From positions 1-64,000 of the IMG/VR virus record IMGVR_UViG_3300033407_000006: a stretch of DNA of 64,000 nucleotides; one strand, written 5' to 3'. The notes under the pieces were generated by a model, which did no database searches, was not told the DNA's origin, and saw nothing but the letters and a program-made list of their open reading frames with translations. How positions within the stretch are numbered: the first letter of the stretch is position 1; each line of letters opens with the position of its first letter. This DNA is from a virus (taxonomy: Duplodnaviria; Caudoviricetes). This document shows positions 34,136 to 39,771 of this stretch, one piece after another. Position numbers and translations under genes: made by a program.

Positions 34136-34939
34136 TTACTCTGTGAGGGCTGAAGATAATTTTTTTTGCAAATCGGACTTGAGCTTCTCTTTCCGGTCTC
34201 GGATTTGAGCTATTTCCTGCCTAAGCTCTTCGTCCTTCATCCGCCGCTGCTGTTCATCACGAATTCTGCCCTTCTCTTCCAGGTCTTCGCGCAGCTTGCG
34301 AAGTTTCGCCAGAAAGACCGGCTTCAGGTTTTCAGTGGGTTGTTCAGCCCCGGCCACCATGGAAATGAGAGCCCGGCCTTCCGCAGTCGTATCCTGTTGC
34401 AGCAGGTTGGAGACAGCGGCCCTGGGCAAAATCCCTTGTTCAACCGCCTCCCGCGCCACGGCTGCGCGGTGTTCCGGGTCAAAGCCTTCGGAGAGATACC
34501 AGCGAGCCAGCCCGCCTCGTTCTTTTGCGCGAGCAACCGCCCGGTCGTATGCGTCCCGAAAGCAAACCCTCGCCCCAACCTCATCCCCGCTCTGAAAAAT
34601 CGCCCGGCATGCGCTCCAGGCTTCCAAAATCTCCGGGCAGATGACGGCACTCTTGCTCTCGTCCGACAAGCCGAGCGCCTTTGCCCAGGCCTCGTTGCCG
34701 GACAAAAAGCCGTCAGGGTTTTCGGCTTCAATCGCTTCGATGAAATCGGCGGGGAGGGGGAAAGTCCGAAACTTGTGAGTTCGGCTCACCCTCTCTATCG
34801 CCCGAAAAACTTTGTCCTTGCCGTAGGGGGCCAGAATGTCCTCATAGGCCCGGATTTTGGTTGCAGAGACATCAACGCTGATTAACTCCGACAAGGCAAA
34901 GAGTCTGCACCCTATCGCCTTCCTGGTTTCCTCGTTCAT
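34136..34939 (-). CDS. Replication protein P-like (helicase loader-type)
   Basis: 'FPLPADF...EAW...GDEVGARVCFRDAY'; follows the initiator gene. Confidence 0.65.
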   Translation of the reverse strand: MNEETRKAIGCRLFALSELISVDVSATKIRAYEDILAPYGKDKVFRAIERVSRTHKFRTFPLPADFIEAIEAENPDGFLSGNEAWAKALGLSDESKSAVICPEILEAWSACRAIFQSGDEVGARVCFRDAYDRAVARAKERGGLARWYLSEGFDPEHRAAVAREAVEQGILPRAAVSNLLQQDTTAEGRALISMVAGAEQPTENLKPVFLAKLRKLREDLEEKGRIRDEQQRRMKDEELRQEIAQIRDRKEKLKSDLQKKLSSALTE

Positions 34940-35874
34940 CGGCCCTCCATGTATCGCCGGAACTCTTCCCGGTTCCGATCCGTCGTTGTGGCGGCGCGGC
35001 CTGCGTTGTTTTTAGCGCCACCACGGTCCTGCTCCCTTGAAAGCCAATTGACAAGGAACGCCTTGATCCCGCTTTTGGTTTTCCGACGCTTGGGGTTCGC
35101 GTCCGACCATGCCGCTGCCTTGCGAAGCTCCTGCAACACATCGACCGCCGGGAAAAGCTGCGTCCACTGGTCAATGTCCGACTGCGGGACGTGGTGCGCC
35201 TCGCCCCCTACCAGTGGGATCTGAATCACTGATCCGCCCTCGGGGGGCAAGACTTCGATGGTCGGCTCTGAGTTTTGCTCAGAGCAAGAATCTTCGTAAG
35301 AAGATTCCTCTCCTTTTGTTTTTAAAGGAGAAGGAGAAGGAGAAGGAGAAGGAGAAGGGGTTCGGTCGAACGTCCGAACGCTGCGTTCGGGGTTGTTCGA
35401 TTTTCGTTGCGTAACATCTTGATTTTTACGGCTTTCTGTTTTTGCTTCGTTCGGGCTGTTTTTGGTGGTCGTTCGGGAGCCGTTCGGGAGAGGTTGCGCG
35501 GTCCCTTTTTGTGCCTTTCGAGCCGCCGCACTTGCCTTCCCGGCCTTCCTTGCAGCCGCCTTTCTTTGCTCACCGTTTACCGCCCAAGGCTGGTGTTCTT
35601 CCCAATCTTTCGGGGCGTACCCGTTGGGTGTTTCGATCAGGAACTTTGCTTCGAGCATGCCCCTTACGAACACGCCGGGCTCCCCTTCCCAGCCAGCAAC
35701 GTCTTCAATGTCTTCGTTCGACCACCCGTTCAACACTCCGTTCGGGCGTTGTTCGGCAACTGTGGTCCAGAAGCAGATCAGGTTTTCCATGGCGGTGGGG
35801 CCCACCATGCGTCGCAATCGCTTGAATTTCCTATGTCTCGGCAATTTCACGTCTATGCGAATGTCAGTGTTCAT
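34936..35874 (-). CDS. Phage replication initiator (lambda O-like)
   Basis: N-terminal wHTH, SPSPSP linker, C-terminal 'KRRKT...FLVNWL'. Confidence 0.75.
   Translation of the reverse strand: MNTDIRIDVKLPRHRKFKRLRRMVGPTAMENLICFWTTVAEQRPNGVLNGWSNEDIEDVAGWEGEPGVFVRGMLEAKFLIETPNGYAPKDWEEHQPWAVNGEQRKAAARKAGKASAAARKAQKGTAQPLPNGSRTTTKNSPNEAKTESRKNQDVTQRKSNNPERSVRTFDRTPSPSPSPSPSPLKTKGEESSYEDSCSEQNSEPTIEVLPPEGGSVIQIPLVGGEAHHVPQSDIDQWTQLFPAVDVLQELRKAAAWSDANPKRRKTKSGIKAFLVNWLSREQDRGGAKNNAGRAATTTDRNREEFRRYMEGR
35361..35490. repeat. Iteron-like repeats, probable lytic origin
   Basis: CGTTCGG at 35384, 35448, 35470, 35481 (CGTTCGGGAG twice) plus an inverted copy at 35374, inside the initiator gene. Confidence 0.5.
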
Positions 35875-35896
35875 TGGCTCAACCTAGTGCCTGGAG

Positions 35897-36094
35897 TTAT
35901 TTCAAATCTGCATACCCTGGAACCTTCTTTGCTTCTTCTTCAAGTTGGCGGATTTTCTTGCGGTGCGCTGTTTGCGGCTCATGGTTTTCATTCTCCCATG
36001 TCCGCCAGGTGTTGCGGTGAACTTTAACCCTGGAAGCGGCTTGCTCCTGCGTCAATTCCAGCGCTTCCCGGATAAGCTCAAATCGGTTTTTCAT
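35897..36094 (-). CDS. XRE HTH protein
   Basis: 'LELTQEQAASRVKVHRNTWRTWE'; own TTGACG-18-TACAGT promoter. Confidence 0.75.
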   Translation of the reverse strand: MKNRFELIREALELTQEQAASRVKVHRNTWRTWENENHEPQTAHRKKIRQLEEEAKKVPGYADLK

Positions 36095-36190
36095 GGCTTG
36101 GCCTTTCTTTTATTGTTGTTCTTTTTCTTACACTGTAAGGCGCACGAATGCCAGCCGTCAATCCCTTTTTCGCAAAAACGCGAAAAGGTC

Positions 36191-36538
36191 TCAGCTCATG
36201 CCGTAGCCGCGCTGCTCAGAGCGCCTGCTTGCCTCTCTGGTGCGCAGCAACTCCGCTTCGAGGCTCACTCCCTCCATGCGGACGCGCAGCGACTCATAGG
36301 CGATTGTGGCCCGCTCCAAGTCGTCCAGATAGACCATGTACCCGTCACTGGCGTAGGCCTCCCGCTCCTGTGCCGCCGCTGTCTTGTGGCCCTCCTTCCC
36401 GGCTTGCACCATTTCGAGCGCAAGCCGGGTTTTTTTCATCTCTTCGAGCTTCTTCATGCGGGCTTTGGCAACGGGGATTTCGGCGGCGCAGCGGCGATAC
36501 TCCGACATCAGCCTTTCAATTTTTATGTCAAGATCCAT
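36191..36538 (-). CDS. Coiled-coil phage protein
   Basis: 'AAQEREAYAS..Y', common phage family. Confidence 0.65.
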   Translation of the reverse strand: MDLDIKIERLMSEYRRCAAEIPVAKARMKKLEEMKKTRLALEMVQAGKEGHKTAAAQEREAYASDGYMVYLDDLERATIAYESLRVRMEGVSLEAELLRTREASRRSEQRGYGMS

Positions 36539-36541
36539 GCG

Positions 36542-36637
36542 TTACCGGCACGGGCTGTAGCCGCAATGGGGGTAGATAGGGCACCCTCCTTGCGGGATCA
36601 TTTTGTTGCCGCAGTCGGGGCAGGTTGTAGCCTTCAT
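36542..36637 (-). CDS. Mini Zn-ribbon protein (31 aa)
   Basis: CPDCG...GGC...CGYSPC; overlapping start and stop. Confidence 0.45.
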   Translation of the reverse strand: MKATTCPDCGNKMIPQGGCPIYPHCGYSPCR

Positions 36638-36834
36638 TCGTCAACTTCCTCCTTCATAAATTCATGGTACGGGCTGCCATTGATGAGTCCGTGCATGGCG
36701 TCTTCCCTGGCACCTTCTGAGCGGTAGCGTCTGAAGACAATCCATTCGTCGCCGTAGAGGCGTTGCCCGTTTTTGTCCGGCTTGCTCCGGTACAGAATCG
36801 CATAGGGCTTTCGATGTTGAGGGCGGTAGGCCAT
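36634..36834 (-). CDS. Hypothetical protein
   Basis: 66 aa, RBS AAGGAG. Confidence 0.6.
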   Translation of the reverse strand: MAYRPQHRKPYAILYRSKPDKNGQRLYGDEWIVFRRYRSEGAREDAMHGLINGSPYHEFMKEEVDE

Positions 36835-36880
36835 AAGGCTCCTTCATTCTTGGTTTGGACCGGAATTAGACGGCCAGATC

Positions 36881-36902
36881 GGCGGGCTAAACTATGTTAT
36901 GC
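36881..36902 (+). other. attI-like half site at head of cassette array B
   Basis: GGCGGGCTAAACTAT-GTTATGC. Confidence 0.6.
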
Positions 36903-37133
36903 CTTAAAGCCGTACGATTTACGGCCCCTCCCAAAAGGTCCGGCATTTATCCTCTCCTCCCCTGCTCGCGCTGTCCACTTCGCCTTCCAAATTTTCTTCC
37001 CAGGCTCGGTATCTTGTGTTCCCTCAATGACATCCCCACCCCAAGCTTTTTCGATAGCCTCGGCTTCGGTGGCTGCCTCAACGCAACACATTGTTTGGGT
37101 GCTTTCGTAGCCTTCCACGTAAAAAATAGGCAT
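36897..37133 (-). CDS. Cassette B1 hypothetical protein
   Basis: ATG inside the R'' box, SD (AAGGA) inside attC B1, stop in the R' box. Confidence 0.7.
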   Translation of the reverse strand: MPIFYVEGYESTQTMCCVEAATEAEAIEKAWGGDVIEGTQDTEPGKKIWKAKWTARAGEERINAGPFGRGRKSYGFKA

Positions 37134-37187
37134 AACCAATCCTTTCAGCGGACTCGCTCCGCTCGCGGCTGAAGTCAGTTGTTAGGC
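37130..37187 (+). repeat. attC site B1 (58 bp)
   Basis: GCATAAC-5-CTT(T)CAGC...GCTGAAG-6-GTTAGGC. Confidence 0.85.
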
Positions 37188-37510
37188 AGCCCCAACAGTT
37201 GCCGAGCCGCCGCAATGTCGGCAGCGGTCACGCCGGTCGGCACGCTCTTGTACTCAAGGTCGCGCTTCAAGCCGTCCCATGCTTTGTGTAGCGCCATCAC
37301 GCCTTCATGGTGTTCTTGGCTCAGGTAGCAGCAGCCAGGCGCCGAGAAACCCCCTCCGTCAGCCACCAGCGTTTCGAGATCAATCCGCTCGCGGTTGTCG
37401 AGTTGAGCCCACTTGCGGCCGACCTTCGTCACTGTCACTTCTCGTGGCAGCGCGTGCCGCTGGCTTTGCGGCACCCACCAAAGTATTTGCCCTTCCGTCA
37501 GTTTTTCCAT
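37175..37510 (-). CDS. Cassette B2 hypothetical protein
   Basis: 111 aa, 'VTVTKVGRKWA' phage family motif. Confidence 0.75.
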   Translation of the reverse strand: MEKLTEGQILWWVPQSQRHALPREVTVTKVGRKWAQLDNRERIDLETLVADGGGFSAPGCCYLSQEHHEGVMALHKAWDGLKRDLEYKSVPTGVTAADIAAARQLLGLPNN

Positions 37511-37521
37511 TCTCCGATCCC

Positions 37522-37613
37522 TTCTAACTTATCGTTGCAGGCGACCGCCGAACAGCCGCCTATAGCTTCCTCTTGCGCTCCTGCGCGGCGTCGCCTGAAC
37601 TCAGACGTTATCT
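37522..37613 (+). repeat. attC site B2 (92 bp)
   Basis: TTCTAAC-5-GTT(G)CAGGCGAC...GTCGCCTGAAC-6-GTTATCT. Confidence 0.88.
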
Positions 37614-37811
37614 GCTCAGTGCCTCACCGATAGCGGTTACCAAATTACTTTGATCTTGGCTTTTGCACTCAATGTGTGGCAGCGCATCGGTCAGCATTTT
37701 TCTAAGGGTTTCGTTTTCTTCCCTCAACTCATCCGAGCAGGCCCGCGACATCCGCAGGTGCATTTCAATGTCGGTGATTTTGTCTACTAACTCTCTTTCT
37801 CGTTTGTCCAC
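37608..37811 (-). CDS. Cassette B3 coiled-coil small protein
   Basis: GGAGG-6-GTG; stop in the R' box. Confidence 0.65.
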   Translation of the reverse strand: MDKRERELVDKITDIEMHLRMSRACSDELREENETLRKMLTDALPHIECKSQDQSNLVTAIGEALSR

Positions 37812-37824
37812 TTTTGACCTCCGC

Positions 37825-37889
37825 AGATAACCAATCGTTGCAAGCGGACTCGGCAAACTGCGCCGAGCCCTTGACCTCAGTCGTTATGC
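37825..37889 (+). repeat. attC site B3 (65 bp)
   Basis: AGATAAC-5-GTT(G)CAAG...CTCGGC/GCCGAG...CTTGACC-6-GTTATGC. Confidence 0.88.
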
Positions 37890-38152
37890 AACTCGTCACC
37901 GCCCCACGGCGCTCCCGACTCCCGCAACGCCAACTTGAGCGGCAGAAGCGTGCATACATCACCGTCGGCCAGGTGGCCGTTTGCGTCGAGCGTCTGGCAA
38001 ATTGCGGCGCGCAGCCTTTCAACTTCCGCCGAAAGAATCTCGGCAATATCCACACTGCCGTAACCGCTGCCGGTCATGTCGTCATCTTCGTCGGTCGGCC
38101 CGGCTATCTCGTAGCAAAGGCGCCTCGCCAAATCTATGCTGCCTCGTTTCAT
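37877..38152 (-). CDS. Cassette B4 hypothetical protein
   Basis: 91 aa, RBS GGAGG. Confidence 0.65.
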   Translation of the reverse strand: MKRGSIDLARRLCYEIAGPTDEDDDMTGSGYGSVDIAEILSAEVERLRAAICQTLDANGHLADGDVCTLLPLKLALRESGAPWGGDELHND

Positions 38153-38167
38153 TTCTCAACCTCCGTT

Positions 38168-38235
38168 GCATAACCCGGCAGTCCACCTGACCTGCCGCAT
38201 AAAGCCGCGTCAGTCAGGTGACTTTTGCGTTAGGG
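38168..38235 (+). repeat. attC site B4 (68 bp)
   Basis: GCATAAC-5-AGT(C)CACCTGAC...GTCAGGTGACT-5-GTTAGGG. Confidence 0.9.
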
Positions 38236-38424
38236 TGCTTCGGGGCGGCTCTGTTTTGCGTACAGCTCCAGCCACGCAAAAGCCAAACCCGGCGGGCGTC
38301 TCCCGCTCGGCCCGTCATCTTCCCAACTCTGCCAAGTGCGGTACGGTGTCCCCGTCAACCTGGCCGCTTCTGCCATAGAGAGACCCGACTTCTGCCGGGT
38401 CTCTCTCAGTTCCTTGGCAGTCAC
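38230..38424 (-). CDS. Cassette B5 XRE HTH protein
   Basis: 'ELRETRQKSGLSMAEAARLTGTPYRTWQSWE'; GTGA overlap with upstream gene. Confidence 0.75.
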   Translation of the reverse strand: MTAKELRETRQKSGLSMAEAARLTGTPYRTWQSWEDDGPSGRRPPGLAFAWLELYAKQSRPEAP

Positions 38425-38657
38425 TGGTTGCCATCCGGACGGACGATTTCTGCCCCTTCCTCGACAAGACGGGAGCAAAGGTCAATACACTCCTGACTTC
38501 CTACTCCATAGCCAATTTTTCCGCGCAGTTCGTCGGGGACAGGACAGGCCGCGACCCCTTCGTCACTCATTGGATCGCCGTCGTAACTTTTGACCTGTTC
38601 CGCATTCGCCGGCCAGCAGAATTGTCCGTCATTCATTACTACGTATTTGCTTTTCAT
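38421..38657 (-). CDS. Cassette B5 small protein
   Basis: 78 aa, RBS AAGGAG, behind a strong promoter. Confidence 0.7.
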   Translation of the reverse strand: MKSKYVVMNDGQFCWPANAEQVKSYDGDPMSDEGVAACPVPDELRGKIGYGVGSQECIDLCSRLVEEGAEIVRPDGNQ

Positions 38658-38706
38658 GGCTGTACTCCTTCTGGTTTGGGTTATTTGTTCCGCTTTCTTG
38701 ATTCTA

Positions 38707-38756
38707 ATTATATGCACATTGTGACTGATTGCAAGTAAAATAATTCACTTTGTGCA
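38707..38756 (-). promoter_or_regulatory. Internal sigma70 promoter and operators of cassette B5
   Basis: TTGCAA-16-TATAAT; inverted pair TGCACATTGTGA / TCACTTTGTGCA. Confidence 0.75.
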
Positions 38757-38781
38757 TTTTTATTTGAGCGGCGCAAAATCA

Positions 38782-38850
38782 CCCTAACCAGTCGGTCAAT
38801 CGGACCGTCGCGAAAGTGCCGCGCCGATCCGCTTACCTTTATCGTTAGTT
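38782..38850 (+). repeat. attC site B5 (69 bp)
   Basis: CCCTAAC-5-GGT(C)AATCGGA...TCCGCTTACC-6-GTTAGTT. Confidence 0.88.
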
Positions 38851-39096
38851 TGCTTGTGGCACTTCCAGCGGCCCGTACCACTTCCCACCGATCTTATTGA
38901 CACGCTCGCGGTAGCCGGTAAGCGGGCGGCACCCAACAAAACCACACGCGGCTTTAATGACTTGGTAAATTTCTACGCTGTTCGCCCTTCCTCCGCCGTC
39001 ATCGTTCCAATAAAAACCTTCGGCGGTCGGTTCCTCTTTCGACCAGCGCAAACTAACACCAGTTTCGAGCGGACGGTTTTCACTTTCCGTTTCCAT
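38845..39096 (-). CDS. Cassette B6 hypothetical protein; RBS and first 15 codons lie inside attC B6
   Basis: GGAGGAGG and ATG in the attC loop; stop in the R' box. Confidence 0.7.
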   Translation of the reverse strand: METESENRPLETGVSLRWSKEEPTAEGFYWNDDGGGRANSVEIYQVIKAACGFVGCRPLTGYRERVNKIGGKWYGPLEVPQAN

Positions 39097-39136
39097 GGGT
39101 TGCGGCCTCCTCCGCCGCTCAAACTAAACGTTAGGC
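39051..39136 (+). repeat. attC site B6 (86 bp, last of array B)
   Basis: AACTAAC-5-TTT(C)GAGCGG...CCGCTCAAA-6-GTTAGGC. Confidence 0.85.
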
Positions 39137-39189
39137 CAGATATTCAGCTTCTCAAGGGTTTCACGATCTTTGAGCCTCTCGTAAATCAC
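39124..39189 (-). CDS. 21-aa mini-ORF ending inside attC B6
   Basis: GGAGG upstream of GTG; VIYERLKDRETLEKLNIWPNV*. Confidence 0.3.
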   Translation of the reverse strand: MIYERLKDRETLEKLNIWPNV

Positions 39190-39201
39190 TCCCACCTCCT
39201 C

Positions 39202-39453
39202 CTACCAAGCCAACCCCTTGACGCTGAAAAACTCGCCGCACCCAGAACACCGAACGCTTTTCACTTCAAACTTTTCATGCGCTTCGAGCCAATGCCCCTG
39301 ATAAGGGCAGGCCTGCTTGATAATAGCGCCATCTTCGTTCAAATCCTGGTGCGCGGTATCGTCCGTATCCAGCAGGTTCAAATACTTGTCGCAATGAGGG
39401 CAGTCAACGACTACTTCGATAATGAGGTTTGCTTCAACTGTTTTGCCTGCCAT
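39202..39453 (-). CDS. Zn-ribbon hypothetical protein
   Basis: CPHC...CSGC. Confidence 0.7.
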   Translation of the reverse strand: MAGKTVEANLIIEVVVDCPHCDKYLNLLDTDDTAHQDLNEDGAIIKQACPYQGHWLEAHEKFEVKSVRCSGCGEFFSVKGLAW

Positions 39454-39456
39454 ATA

Positions 39457-39702
39457 TCAATCTCCATTGCTTTTTGCTGATTTAAGTTCTGATTCGGCTT
39501 TCTTTAGCGCCTTGAGCAGATCTCTGCAAAGAGAATCAAGACCAACAAGGCTGGTCTTTGCCTCCATAAGGTTGTATTGGTCTCCAAGGCTAATGTTATA
39601 ATCTTCTTCTTTTGCGATGCCACTCAATGCACTTGCAAGCATTTTTGTGTCATCAAAGTTTTTATACACGTTCAAGAGTTGGTCGTAGTTGGGCTTGCTC
39701 AT
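39457..39702 (-). CDS. AT-rich hypothetical protein
   Basis: 81 aa. Confidence 0.65.
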   Translation of the reverse strand: MSKPNYDQLLNVYKNFDDTKMLASALSGIAKEEDYNISLGDQYNLMEAKTSLVGLDSLCRDLLKALKKAESELKSAKSNGD

Positions 39703-39721
39703 ATCAGACTCTCGCTTTCTC

Positions 39722-39759
39722 GCCGTATGTTCCCGAAATCTGTTTCGGGAACATACGGC
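39722..39759. repeat. Perfect 17-bp inverted repeat with 4-nt spacer
   Basis: GCCGTATGTTCCCGAAA-TCTG-TTTCGGGAACATACGGC. Confidence 0.9.
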
Positions 39760-39771
39760 AAATAGTTGTTT

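Noticed and set aside
35334-35358. GGAGAA tandem repeat as a regulatory or mobile repeat
   Set aside because: It simply encodes the SPSPSP linker common in phage initiators
21596-39136. CRISPR array interpretation of the repeated hairpins
   Set aside because: The repeats are not identical, are 58-103 bp long and are separated by whole genes; no cas genes
21840-39136. attC hairpins as ordinary intrinsic terminators
   Set aside because: No U-tracts; fixed TAAC/GTTA boxes, fixed spacers and an extrahelical base; per-cassette end complementarity
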